From the NCBI GenBank assembly GCA_907165135.1, contig OU015566.1, forward strand, positions 3,906,001 to 3,970,000: a stretch of DNA of 64,000 bases. The letters run 5' to 3'. Under the pieces are notes generated by a model. It saw only the letters and a list, made by a program, of their open reading frames with translations. It ran no database searches and was not told where the DNA came from. The translations under genes were made by a program, and so were the position numbers. Positions 1 through 11,953 of the stretch are shown here, in pieces. Positions within the stretch are counted from its first letter, which is position 1, and each line of letters begins with the position of its first letter. This stretch comes from Oikopleura dioica (lineage: Eukaryota; Animalia; Chordata).

Positions 1-24
1 CTCAAAAATATAATTTGCTCAAAG

Positions 25-750
25 CTTGTGGTGCTTGGGCAAAGAAGATTCTGGCGAAAACAGGGCTAGAAATCCCCCTTGAAGTAATTAAAACAGAAGT
101 GTCTTATTGGAAAGTGAAGCCTGATTTCGCTGGAAAGGTACTCTTGATATTCATGTATTCTGTTATCAAATTCAAAAGTACGACATAAGCTGCTTTCCTG
201 CTGGAATCATTGACGTCAACAACGAAGAAACCGGCGAAATCTATCACTACTATTGGACACCAGGTTTTTTTTTCTACAACAAGCCCTTTTTCGGAATCTT
301 TTGATAGTGAAAGAGTACCCGAATCTGATAAAAATTTCGTACCACGGAACCTATCGAGATGAAATCGACCCGGATGAGCGAGATGATCCGAAGAAAGAGT
401 CGTCTGAGCGGGCAAAAGATCAGCGGGAAGATCACAAGAGGATAATTGATCTTCATTTCGAAGGAATTGACTCGTCCAATCCAGTTATCGTCGAGCCCTG
501 CATGTACACTGTAAGAAATCATACCGAAAACATGACTAAAATCGTTAAAATTGGTCTCTAGAACACGCCTGACAACGATTTCATCCTCGATGTCCACCCA
601 ACAATGAAAAATGTCGTCATCGGCGCAGGATTCTCCGGTCATGGATTCAAAATGTCGCCTGAAACCGGAGAAATTCTAGCGGAGCTTGCCCTTGAAAAAG
701 AACCTACTTATGATATGAGCTTTTTCTCACTCGATCGATTCAATAAATAA
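25..750 (+). CDS. PIPOX: Peroxisomal sarcosine/L-pipecolate oxidase, 3' exons (gene starts upstream of the window)
   Basis: Spliced translation ACGAWAKKIL...EYPNLIKISYHG...EPCMYT|NTPDNDFILDVHPTMKNVVIGAGFSGHGFKMSPETGEILAELALEKEPTYDMSFFSLDRFNK* matches the PIPOX C-terminus (CMYT-NTPD, GAGFSGHGFK). Short GT-AG introns; stop at 748-750. Confidence 0.88.
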
Positions 751-888
751 AATTTTTGATGCAATGTAAAACTCCTCATAACTGAAGTATTCGGTCGCTC
801 ATAATTTGCACAAATGTCAAGTCTATTTGCACAGAAACGCAGGAATCCAAATTTCATTAGTCGTCGGAAATCAAAAGAGAAAGAAAAA

Positions 889-2027
889 ATGGGATTTTGG
901 GACATTCCAAACTTGAAACTCTATGGAATCCTTACCGCGCTCTTCATCCCCTTTCTTATCGTCAAAATTTGGACAGATTTGAAAAGTAAATTTGGAATTT
1001 TGATCTTTTTGAAATTCAATGATCGCTCGAAAATTGGAGAAGCTTTGGTCGAGATGCGAAAGTGCTTTCAAAAAGGCTCCTGCGTCATTTTTCGAGAATA
1101 CAAGCAGATAAAAATTGAAAAATACGAGTTTCTCAGAGACGTTTCGAAGTACAAGAGTTTTTCGCATATCCTCTGGGCAATTGGTCAAAAATTAAAATAG
1201 CAAAATCTAAATTTGAACAAAAAATGACCAAGAAAAAAGCTTCATTGCGAGTCTGAGTCGCATTTGGACTACATTCTCCCTAAAATTGAGCAGCGGCTGA
1301 ACAATGATCCTGTCGTTGCGAAATCAAAAACGATGAAGCTGAAAGATATTGGACTGGCGCACCTTTTCGACACGATTACTCTCGGAGTTTTCAACAAGAA
1401 AAAGACGTCAGAAAGGTTGGTTCTTTAATTGAGCTTGATTTGAAGGATGCCTTTAAGATTCCTGCGCTTTTACAGTCCACATGTTCGATACGGAGACTGG
1501 AGCAATCGAGACTGGTTCAACATCCTTAGGTAAGAGAACTGAAAGAGCTAGAAATCGAGCCTTTTTAGTCTTATGTACACGTCGGGAATGGAGCGAATTT
1601 CGCGAATTCAAGGCTTCGCTGAATACAAAATGCTCCAAGAGCGTTTTCCTACTCCATCTGGCGGCTTGGTCGAGTCCAAAAAAGACTCGGTCGTTTTCGT
1701 CGAAGTCACTTTTCCCTCCGAAGACAAAGATTCTGTTTGAAATAAAGAAGGCAAATTCTCATTTTTCGCAAGCTTTCCAAGATTTATTTGAAGCTGAAAA
1801 GAGGAAATACAGAAAAAATACAGGAGGATGAAATTTGTTTGTTGGACAGGGAGAAAAAGCAACTTATGTTTACAATTTTTAAACCGGGGAAAAATGGTGA
1901 CTTGCTGGTTGATTTAACAGATTGTTTGAACGAGCGTAGGCAGATAATAATGAACAAAGATATTTGGGGAGGGGATTTAAATGAAAGGCTGATTGACGCT
2001 GATTTTGGACGAATGAAAGTAGAATGA
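889..2027 (+). CDS. Uncharacterised multi-exon protein with N-terminal hydrophobic anchor (gene X, copy 1, apparently intact)
   Basis: MGFWDIPNLKLYGILTALFIPFLIVKIW... followed by spliced exons (LHCESESHLDYILPKIE..., RFLRFYSPHVRYGDWSNRDWFNIL, SLMYTSGMERISRIQGF..., LSKIYLKLKRGN...DFGRMKVE*). Several differences between copies are synonymous in this frame. The first intron donor is uncertain. Confidence 0.6.
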
Positions 2028-2226
2028 CACACCATTATTATTTGCAAGAGTTAATATTTGTTATTGCGAATCGCTGAAGTACGGAAAAGGAAACACTCGG
2101 GGCACCGATAATGATTTACTCGCCAGAGGAAGCTGAGGATTTGTAAATTGAACTACTAGGTAAAAAGTTTTATTTGGAATGCAAATTTTAATTTATATTA
2201 CTAAAAAAGAATAGAAGAGTCGAATT

Positions 2227-2517
2227 TTACTTTTTTCTCTTCTTATTCTTTTTCTTTCCTCCTTTTTTCGAAGTGTTATTTTGCTTTGCCGTCACTGAGC
2301 TGGGCTCACTTTCTGGCTCAGCTAGTTCCACTGGCTCAGTTGGCTCAGCCGATTCGGAAGTCAAAAATCCTGAGCAAGTGCTTGTGCTACGGTTGGTTCT
2401 GATTTCTCCTCAGATTCTGGCTCTTTCGAGTTTTCGGGTTCTTTTGAAACCGGTTCAGATGAAATTTCAGTGGCTGGTGCAGATTCAGAAACAGAACTTG
2501 ACTCAACTGGCGTTTCA
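2227..2517 (-). pseudogene. SARM1: Truncated 3' tip of the SARM1 terminal exons (duplicated fragment)
   Basis: Near-identical to 6928-7217 and 13976-14270. Homology stops at cgtttca (2517), where the sequence jumps to the region upstream of gene X. Confidence 0.8.
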
Positions 2518-3524
2518 TACTCATTTCTAAAGTATTTGGTCGCACATAATTTGCACAAATGTCAAGTCTATTTGCACAGAAACGTAGTAATCTAAATTTC
2601 ATTAGCCGTCGGAAATCAAAAGAGAAAAGAAAAAAAAAATGGGATTTTGGGACATCCCAAACTTGAAACTCTATGGAATCCTTACCGCGCTTTTCATCCC
2701 CTTTCTTCTCGTCAAAATTTGGACAGATTTGAAAAGTAAATTTGGAATTTTGATCTTTTTGAAATTCAATGATCGCTCGAAAATTGGCGAGGCTCTGGTC
2801 GAGATGCGAAAGTGTTTTCAAAAAGGCTCTTGCGTCATTTTTCGAGAATACAAGCAGATAAAAATTGAAAAATACGAGTTTCTCAGAGACGTTTCGAAGT
2901 ACAAGAGTTTTTCGCATATCCTCTGGGCAATTGGTCAAAAATTAAAAAAGCAAAATCTAAATTTGAACAAAAAATGACCAAGAAAAAAGCTTCATTGCGA
3001 GTCTGAGTCGCATTTGGACTACATTCTCCCTAAAATTGAGCAGCGGCTGAACAATGATCCTGTCGTTGCGAAATCAAAAACGATGAAGCTGAAAGATATT
3101 GGACTGGCGCACCTTTTCGACACGATTACTCTCGGAGTTTTCAATAAGAAAAAGACCTCAGAAAGGTTGGTTTCCAATTGAGCTAAATTTGAGGGGTGAT
3201 TTTAAGATTCCTGCGCTTTTACAGTCCTCATGTTCGATACGGAGACTGGAGCAATCGAGACTGGTTCAACGTCCTTAGGTAAGAGAGAACCAAAAGAGCT
3301 AGAAACCGAGCATTTTCAGCCTGATGTACACATCGGGAATGGAGCGAATTTCGCGGATTCAAGGCTTCGCTGACTACAAAATGCTCCAAGAGCGTTTTCC
3401 AACTCCTTCTGGCGGCCTTGTCGAGTCCAAAAAAGACTCGGTCGTTTTCGTCGAAGTCACTTTTCCCTCCGAACTGTTTCTGTTTGAAATAAAGAAGGCA
3501 AATTCTCATTTTTCGCAAGCTTTC

Positions 3525-3952
3525 TGTACGTGTTTCTCAATGTACATAAGTCGGATACGAATTTGTAGTTTATTGTTATCGCGAGCAGGATAAAATAGTG
3601 AACGTTGTTTTGTAAAAAAAGAGCAATTTTACATTGTGATTGATGAGTGAGTTTAGTTGCAAAGCAGAGCGACTTATATACTATTTCTGTGCGTACGGAC
3701 AGAGCTTGGTCCGCACGGAAGTAATGCAGTGCGTGAGGAGAAAGAGAGTTCCGTAGGGAAATGAATAATCACGTGCGTACAGAGGTTTATGCACAGGGAG
3801 AAAGGGCTATACGTAGGGAGCAAGATTCTTTGTTACGGGCGTAGATAGTTTGGTCCGCGCGTAGAGAAGTCTGTCCGTGCGGGGGAGATTGTTTACGCAG
3901 GAGTTAATGTAACTCCGCGCGCAGCGCGTATTGCACATTGAGATCCACTATA
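3525..3952 (-). repeat. 3' LTR (428 bp)
   Basis: Direct repeat of 6037-6464. Preceded on the minus strand by the polypurine tract. Confidence 0.92.
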
Positions 3953-3970
3953 TATTCTTCCCCCTTTTAA
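3953..3970 (-). promoter_or_regulatory. Polypurine tract of the LTR element
   Basis: Minus strand TTAAAAGGGGGAAGAATA immediately precedes the 3' LTR. Confidence 0.75.
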
Positions 3971-5324
3971 AAAGAAGAGCCTTGTTCATCCAGGTTTCTT
4001 CCAAAGTAAAACGATTTCTCATTTGTCTGATCCTTGTTGCTTGTCATCTTCTTACTTCTTGCATTTGGTTCCTGTATCTCTTGCACTTTTGTTTTCTGTC
4101 AATCATCTCGTGAGCAGTGCCACAATTAACTTCCAAGTGAGCGAGCAGTTATTACTTCTTTTTCCATTATTCCTGTACTGAGATACCGTATTCTCCATTG
4201 TGAGCGAGCAGTTATCACGAGGTATCTTCATAATTACACTGTATTCCATTTCATGAGCATGTAAATCGCAAATTTATAGTGATCGAGCAGTTTCACTTCT
4301 TTTTTTTTTTTGTCCATCATTTTTCAATTTTGTGAGCAGAAAATTGAAAATCTCCAGTGGTCGAGCAGTTTCACTTTTTCCGTACTTGTTCAATTTTGTG
4401 AGCATAAAAATTGAAATTCTTGAGTGATCGAGCAGTTTCACTCTTCTCTTTCCCCTTTTTTTTAAAAAAGGGCTTTGCACCGTGCCATTGAGCTGGGATG
4501 ATGCCATTGTAGATCCATTTTCGAATATTGTGTGATTTGGCAACTGCACACATTGCCAACATCTGGGGAAGTCCGGCGCAAGGTTAAGACAAGAGGTCCA
4601 AGTCGAGGGCGCCATTAACTTGAACATTATCAATGTTATGCGAGCGAAAATCCACAGCGGCCTGCATTGAACTTTCATGGCGATGGAACGGAGCTTGACT
4701 CTTCTTCAAGTGTGCATCATATCGCTAAAGTTGTGAGCATTTGTTTGAGCACGGATTAATCCTTTGAGCAGGGCTTTTATACGTCATAATATTCGACTCT
4801 TGAGCATTTTATGAGTAGAGCATCTCATGTTACCAAAGTCGTCTACAGCGAAGACGGCTTCTTCAAGTTTAAATTCTTCCTCTTTCATCGATCAATTGCC
4901 TTTACTGACAATAGGAAGAAAATCCTCAGAGCAGGGATTGTGATCATTTGCAAAATACCTCATCAATCGGCACAGATCGATGCTTTTGAGCTTCTTCATT
5001 TCTTGAAGATGCAGCAGACGAGATCATAACTGCTGCATAAATTCTCATTTTGCTTATCAGTTTTTTGTTTGAGCGGGCGGATCTAACTGATATGACGCCG
5101 TGATACTTGATATTGACTTTGATCAATAAGAAGGTGATTCCACATGACTTTTGAGCGAATCAGATCATCAATAGTTGACGGAGATCTTGAACATCTGAGC
5201 GAAATGTTCTTTTTCGTCATTTTTGAGAAGGCGGAAAAATTTGTCCGTTGAGCATAATCTTTACACAGTTTGTCCAGGCCGATCCGAAATAAGTCGATTC
5301 GCACGCGAAGATGAATTTTGGTGG

Positions 5325-5972
5325 TCATTCGTCTTCTTCATTAAAGGAATTGATCATTTCTTTAAGTTCGGAGCAGATTCGTGCCATTTCAGATTGTTTA
5401 GCGCTTTCAGAGGACTGAGCGGTGAAAATATTTTCTCTCTTGTTGAAACTTCTCTCTAGTTCCATAGCACGTTGAGCAATATTTCGAAGGTTGAGCAGGG
5501 ACTTCTCTCGTCGGAGCAGTTCAGATAGTCTTGGTTCTTGGCATTCAATGAATCGATCACAGATAATTGACTCATCTCCAGCATCAAGTCTCAATTTTCC
5601 GTATCCTTTTTTGAAATAGGCTTGAAGTTTTGTAACTGCCATTTGCTGTGTCTCTTGACCTCGCGAAAAGGACGTGTACAGGTATTTGTAGTACTCATTG
5701 TCCTTACCAAGAACCTGAGAGAGCTGCGTCTTGAATCTATTCCAGTCTCGTTTTTCTTCCTCAGAAATGGCTTCAAGGATAGCCAGTCCATTCTCTTCAA
5801 TCAGGAATTGGGATAGAGCAACACTGATCAGGTCTTCATCACAAATCTTTGAGCATTCACCAAACAATTCCAAATTTAAAATAAAGTTTTCAATTGGAAG
5901 TCGAGCGTCAAATTTCGGGGTTTTCATCTTCATTCGTCCAAGGGATTTTGAGCGTTCATTGTTTTGTTCCAT
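5325..5972 (-). CDS. Gag-like protein of the LTR element (215 aa)
   Basis: Intronless ORF just downstream of the 5' LTR and PBS. The PKFDARLPIENFILNLELF and LYTSFSRGQET segments resemble retrotransposon capsid motifs. Confidence 0.7.
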   Translation of the reverse strand: MEQNNERSKSLGRMKMKTPKFDARLPIENFILNLELFGECSKICDEDLISVALSQFLIEENGLAILEAISEEEKRDWNRFKTQLSQVLGKDNEYYKYLYTSFSRGQETQQMAVTKLQAYFKKGYGKLRLDAGDESIICDRFIECQEPRLSELLRREKSLLNLRNIAQRAMELERSFNKRENIFTAQSSESAKQSEMARICSELKEMINSFNEEDE

Positions 5973-6019
5973 TTATGATCTCTTTCTCTAACTGTATCTG
6001 TTGGGAGGCGTTCCGTTTT

Positions 6020-6031
6020 ATTCAGTCACCA
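6020..6031 (-). promoter_or_regulatory. Primer-binding site (TGGTGAC...), possibly tRNA-Trp
   Basis: Minus strand TATTT-TGGTGACTGAA directly after the 5' LTR. TGGTGAC is complementary to a tRNA 3' end of GUCACCA; only 7 nt match. Confidence 0.55.
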
Positions 6032-6036
6032 AAATA

Positions 6037-6464
6037 TGTACGTGTTTCTCAATGTACATAAGTCGGATACGAATTTGTAGTTTATTGTTATCGCGAGCAG
6101 GATAAAATAGTGAACGTTGTTTTGTAAAAAAAGAGCAATTTTACATTGTGATTGATGAGTGAGTTTAGTTGCAAAGCAGAGCGACTTATATACTATTTCT
6201 GTGCGTACGGACAGAGCTTGGTCCGCACGGAAGTAATGCAGTGCGTGAGGAGAAAGAGAGTTCCGTAGGGAAATGAATAATCACGTGCGTACAGAGGTTT
6301 ATGCACAGGGAGAAAGGGCTATACGTAGGGAGCAAGATTCTTTGTTACGGGCGTAGATAGTTTGGTCCGCGCGTAGAGAAGTCTGTCCGTGCGGGGGAGA
6401 TTGTTTACGCAGGAGTTAATGTAACTCCGCGCGCAGCGCGTATTGCACATTGAGATCCACTATA
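6037..6464 (-). repeat. 5' LTR (428 bp)
   Basis: Direct repeat of 3525-3952. Termini in element orientation are TA...CA. Confidence 0.92.
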
Positions 6465-6927
6465 TTTCCAAGATTTATTTGAAGCTGAAAAGAGGAAATA
6501 CAGAAAAAATACAGGAGGATGAAATTTGTTTGTTGGACAGGGAGAAAAAGCAACTTATGTTTACAATTTTTAAACCGGGGAAAAATGGTGACTTGCTGGT
6601 TGATTTAAGAGATTGTTTGAACGAGCGTAGGCAGATAATAATGAACAAAGATATTTGGGGAGGGGATTTAAATGAAAGGCTGATTGACGCTGATTTTGGA
6701 CGAATGAAAGTAGAATGACACACCATTATTATTTGCAAGAGTTAATATTTGTTATTGCGAATCGCTGAAGTACGGAAAAGGAAACACTCGGGGCACCGAT
6801 AATGATTTACTCGCTAGAGGAAGCTGAGGATTTGTAAAATTGAACTACTAGGTAAAAAGTATGGTTTTATTTGGAATGCAAATTTTAATTTATTTTTACT
6901 AAAAAAAGAAATAGGAAGAGACAAAAT

Positions 6928-9900
6928 TTACTTTTTTCTCTTTTTATTCTTTTTCTTTCCTCCTTTTTTCGGAGTGTTATTTTGCTTTGCCGTCGCCGAG
7001 CTAGGCTCAGTTTCCGGCTCAGCTGGTTCCACTGGCTCAGTTGGCTCAGCCGACTCGGAAGTCAAAAAATCCTGAGCCAGTGCTTGTGCTACGGTTGGTT
7101 CTGATTTCTCCTCAGATTCTGGCTCTTTCGAGTTTTCGGGTTCTTTTGATACCGGTTCAGATGAAATTTCAGGGGCTGGAGTAGATTCAGAAACAGAACT
7201 TGACTCAACTGGCGTTTCAGGCTCCTTTGGCGCCTCAATTTCGGGAGCACTATCTTTGACGGAATCTGGCTCAACAGAGACTTGCTCAGATGGAACTGAT
7301 GTAGTCTCAGATGGTTCAGATTTTTCCGGCTCATCTGACACTTCAACAGTTTCAGCCTCCGTTACAGGTGCTTTTTCAATCGAATCTGAGGCTGCCTCGA
7401 TCTTAGTTGAGGCTTCCTTTTCAGGCTCGTCTTTTGACTCGTCTGACTTAGTCTCAGAAACTGGCTGACCCTGTTTTTCAACAACTACCGCGGTTTCTTC
7501 AACAACCGTGTCCAAAACAGCCGATTCCTTTTCGATGATCACGCCCGAGTCCGGTTCTGTTTCTGGCGCTGCTTCTTCAGCTTTTTCCTCTACCACTACT
7601 TCCACCTCTATTTTATTATCATCACCGCTAGTTTTTTCTATCACCTCTGGAGAAGAGTTGGTCTCTTTCTCATCGGAGATATCTTCCAACTCCTCTTTTT
7701 CCTCCTCGTTACCCTTATCAGCTTTTTTCTTATCACCCCGTTTCAGGGATGATTTCAGCTTTTCAGAGGAGTTTTTGAGCCCCTTCAGCCCTTTAGAAAA
7801 CGCTTTCGAAGTTTTAGTTTTCGCTTTTCCGAGCCTTTTGGAAATGCCCTTTTTGAGCTTGGCGGACGCGCTCGAGATCGTCGACGACATCGTCAATTCA
7901 GTTACGGTCGTCATCGCGTCTTCCGAGAGTGATTCGTCGTTGTTCTCACCATCATCCTCGTCGGAATCGTCGATGACGATGGGTGGTGTGTCATTTGATT
8001 GATTGGTGGTGCTTTTGGGGGAGGACTGTTAATTCGGTTATTGATTGGTTAGTCGAACATGCGGAAGAGTTTCATTAATAAAATTGGTGTAACAAAATTC
8101 GTAATTTTGTGATTTTTGGCAAGTACTAGAGTCGTAGAATCAAATTAGTGGAAATTAAAGAAGATCATGTGTGAATTCTTCTTCGCAAATCAGCTCACCA
8201 TGCAATTAGAATTGGTCAAAAGTCAATAAATAATAATCAAAAAAGAATCGTCCAATAGAAAATATCGTTTTGAGAAAGTATATTTTAACAAAAGATAAAG
8301 AGTAGGCTACAAACTAGAAGATGAGCTATTTTGGACTATTTTGCTTGAGAGAGGTTATTTTGGATAAGCCGAAGACCTGAGACGATTTCTTCTTATCAGG
8401 CGTATTCGGTGGAGAGGCGGATTCTAGCGACGCTGCTGTTAGACTGCTTTCAGCTTTTTCGGGAACTTTTTCTGAAAAAGAAGCTTTTTAGATCGGGTTT
8501 TGAAATTTCGGAATGGTAAATGTAAACGAATTTTTCGCCCCGTGAATCAAAATCTTAAATGAATTGTCTGTGAATTTTCAGAAAGAAAAAAAAATTCAGT
8601 CAAAAATCAAGGAAATAATACTCTTTTGGCACTTTATTGTCGATTTTCAAGCCTAAAACAACACACGCAAAACTAAAACCCTGAAAAACAGCGAAAGAAC
8701 TAACCTGGAGAAGGGAGGGGCGATTCGTCTTTAGGGAGATCATCTTCTATCGGCAAAGCACTTTGAACTTTCAGATCTGTGAGTGGGTTTCATTCATTTT
8801 TAATAGTGGCAAAATCGAGGTGCTCCTGAATGATTTTTGGTGAAGAAAAACAAGGCTCGTGAAGAAATAAATAAAGTTGAACTGAAACAGCAAGAGTACG
8901 GAGTTCTAGTGATAAATGAAGAAATTACGGAAGCTTCCATCTAGTATGGAAGAAATGCATGCAAATGATTGTCAACTAATTGAAGAAAATGGTGAAGAAA
9001 TAAACGACAACGTAATAAAATGCCCAGTAAATCATCAGAAGCTGGACTGACATTTCCGTATTTCGCATTTTATCACACTTGTCACTCTCCTCTTTCACTA
9101 GGATTTTTAAAGCACGCCACAAATGTTCAAAACTTATCAATAAAAAGAACCCTTCCTTTTTCTACTTTCGAAATGAGCATGTCGAGAGGCTCATCATCGG
9201 GATCAGTGGCGTCTTTTGACGATGCAACTGGCTGAAGATGATCGTCGATCTCGATCTCGGGGTCGGAAATAGGCTCTGGGCTGGGCTCGGTGGATTCGTA
9301 CTCGACGGGAACATTGACGGACTTTTTGGAGACTGGCTAAAATTCTTACCTTCGTTTATACTTTGTTGAGAAGCAACTGAAGCTCTGGATGAGTGCCTTG
9401 ATCTTTGACTTCCTGTATCAGCCTGGGGCGAGCCGCCGAAAGAGCGGAGGGAGGGACGAGAAGTGACAGAGGTGATGCTTCTTTGAGATGGTTGTCGGGA
9501 GAGGTTTTCAGCTGGAGTAGGGAGGACGTACTCGCCATGAGTTGTGCTAGCCATCGACATCTAAAACGAAATGAGCTCGAAACCTAGCAAGATTGACTTA
9601 CCTTTGATTGAGCTCGATTGACTGATGTCAAGCTTTGAAGAGAGCCATGATCGGTCATGAATCGCTGGAGCCTGTTGATGATTTCTTCTTGATATCCCCA
9701 TCTCCAACGGACTCCATTCATGAAGCACAGATCTCTTATCGCTTCGGGAACACTGTCTGGCACTGGCCATTTCCAGCCAGGAGCCACCATTGGAATGATG
9801 TTGCAACCTTTAGCGAAAGCAGTCACGATCCAGCGATAAAACGGATCGAGAGCGAGAGTGTTTTCATCTTCGCAGGCGTTTTGAATGAGATTTTCAAGGC

Positions 9901-10669
9901 AACCTGGTGTCAGGACGAGAAGGAAGTGACCTGCGTGAGCGATGTTCGATTCGTGGCGGAGGGTGACTTCGTCGGACTTCGGGATCAAGCCCCAGTTGGT
10001 AGCGACGGAGAAAGATCGCAGACGGAGGTAGGCGCAGAGGGACTCGCTCAGAAGTTGACCCTCTTTCCAGGAGCAGACGAAGACTAAAGAAAAAATGATC
10101 AAAAAGAGCACTTTAATAAGAGTTAGTAAGTAAAAGGTAAGTTAAACAGCTATACATGCAGATAGACATTATAACGGCTTGATTTTAAAGGGGCCAGACC
10201 AGAAGACCCTGAGACCTTAATTTCCACTACAAATCCTATCATTTTCTGTCAACATCACTTCACCAAAATGACGAAAAACGCTATCCGATTTCAAACCTCT
10301 TTCAAAGCAGCAGTATTTATCTACTGAATCGTTTGTAATTTACGAAAATTCTTCCAATACTTCGAAGTTTATGAAAATATCAGTCGGACTTACCATCCTT
10401 TGGATCCTGCACATCGTCATGTCCATTTGCTCCCTCGTCGCGGCGAACTGCCTCTAGAATTTTTGTTCTGTGGACTCCATTGGTGATTTGGCAGTCGACT
10501 TTCAAGTGCTCGTCTGTTAGATGGGGCAAGAAATCGCGATCGACGCCAGCTTGAATGAGATGAAAAGTGTACTGGCTGAATTCGCGGCCGATTCCGGACA
10601 GCCACTTTTGAATGCCACTTGCATCTTCGCTCGTGTAATCGCCATTGATTCGTAGTTCGACGAGGTCTT
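6928..10669 (-). pseudogene. SARM1: 5'-truncated SARM1 duplicate (part of SAM + TIR + C-terminal tail, with a ~1.1 kb internal deletion)
   Basis: Colinear with 13976-19379. It lacks the ARM exons, has a deletion junction at ~9338 (skipping ~16926-18047), and ends at a fusion with a PIPOX fragment at ~10669. Confidence 0.82.
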
Positions 10670-11801
10670 GCGTGTCTACGAGCGAGTTTTGATCAGTTTC
10701 TGAAAATCGGTGGCAAATTCATTGACGGATTCAAATTGAAGGATTTCCAGGACGACGGCAAGGAAACAGGATTTCTCAAGGACAGCCGGCAAGCATCAAT
10801 GTTAAAATTAACACTCGGAAACCGCATCAATACAGAAGCTAAATATATCCGTGTCGGTGTCAAATTTTGGAGGGACAATGCTTCAAAGCTCCCTCAGCGC
10901 TTAAGCTTCCTTGAATTGTAATATTTTCATCCTTGCGGTTTTCGGGTCTTTTCGGAATTTTCATCGAGAAAATCCTTTGTAAGACTGTTACCGTATATTC
11001 TACCGACGGCAAAAGCCATGTGGGAAGAAAACTCATTCTGGGTAAATTTTATCTTCATTTGATTGAAAATAAAATTTGTTCAAAGCTTGTGGTGCTTGGG
11101 CAAAGAAGATACTCGCGAAAACAGGGCTTGAAATCCCTCTTGAAGTAATTAAAACAGAAGTGTCTTATTGGAAAGTGAAGCCTGATTTCGCTGGAAAGGT
11201 ACTCTTGATATTCATGTATTCTGTTATCAGATTCAAAAGTACGACATAAGCTGCTTTCCCGCTGGAATCATTGATGTTAACAACAAAGAAACCGGCGAAA
11301 TCTATCACTACTACTGGACACCAGGTTCATTTGCTACAATAAAGCACATTTTCGAAATCTTTTTTAGTGAAAGAATACCCAAATCTGATAAAAATTTCGT
11401 ACCACGGAACCTATCGAGATGAAATCGACCCGGACGAGCGAGATGATCCAGAAAAAGAGTCATCTAAACGGGCAAAAGATCAGCTGGAAGATCACAAGAG
11501 GATAATTGACCTTCATTTCGAAGGAATTGACTCATCCAATCCAGTTATCGTTGAGCCCTGCATGTATACTGTAAGAAATCATACCAAAAACATAACTAAA
11601 ATCGGTCTCTAGAACACGCCTGACAACGACTTCATCCTCGATGTCCACCCAACAATGAAAAATGTCGTCATCGGCGCAGGATTCTCCGGTCATGGATTCA
11701 AAATGTCGCCAGAAACGGGTGAAATTCTAGCGGATCTCGCGCTTGAAAAAGAGCCTGCTTATGATATGAGCTTTTTCTCACTCGATCGATTCAATAAATA
11801 A
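10667..11801 (+). pseudogene. PIPOX: 5'-truncated PIPOX duplicate
   Basis: LACLRASFDQFLKIGGKFIDGFKLKDFQDDGK|TVTVYSTDGKSHVGRKLIL|ACGAW...GAGFSGHGFK...DRFNK*. Begins mid-gene at the junction with the SARM1 fragment, so the N-terminal FAD-binding motif is missing. Confidence 0.82.
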
Positions 11802-11953
11802 AATTTTTGATGCAATGTAAAACTCCTCATAAGTTATGAGTCATAACTGAAGTATTCGGTCGCTCATAATTTGCACAAATGTCAAGTCTATTTGCAGAGA
11901 AACGTAGAAATCCAAATTTCATTAGTCGTCGGAAATCAAAAGAGAAAGAAAAA

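Larger units (their letters stand above)
3525..6464 (-). mobile_element. Non-autonomous gag-only Ty3/gypsy (Tor-like) LTR retrotransposon, 2940 bp
   Basis: Two 428-bp LTRs that look identical by eye, a 4-bp TSD TTTC (3521-3524 and 6465-6468), a PBS-like TGGTGAC and a PPT on the minus strand, and a gag-like ORF. No RT or integrase ORF fits in the 2.1-kb interior. Confidence 0.9.
2639..6718 (+). pseudogene. Gene X copy 2, last exon disrupted by LTR retrotransposon insertion
   Basis: Same exons as 889-2027. The element sits about 5 nt inside the last exon (caagc-tttc-[element]-tttc-caag) and gene X resumes at 6465. Confidence 0.75.

Noticed and set aside
4274-4678. env or pol ORF inside the LTR element
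   Set aside because: No RT, RNase H, integrase or clear env motifs; the ORF runs through non-coding direct repeats.
7089-8002. Antisense and alternative-frame ORFs over the Glu/Pro-rich exon (also 14136-15061)
   Set aside because: These are shadow ORFs of a low-complexity coding exon on the minus strand.
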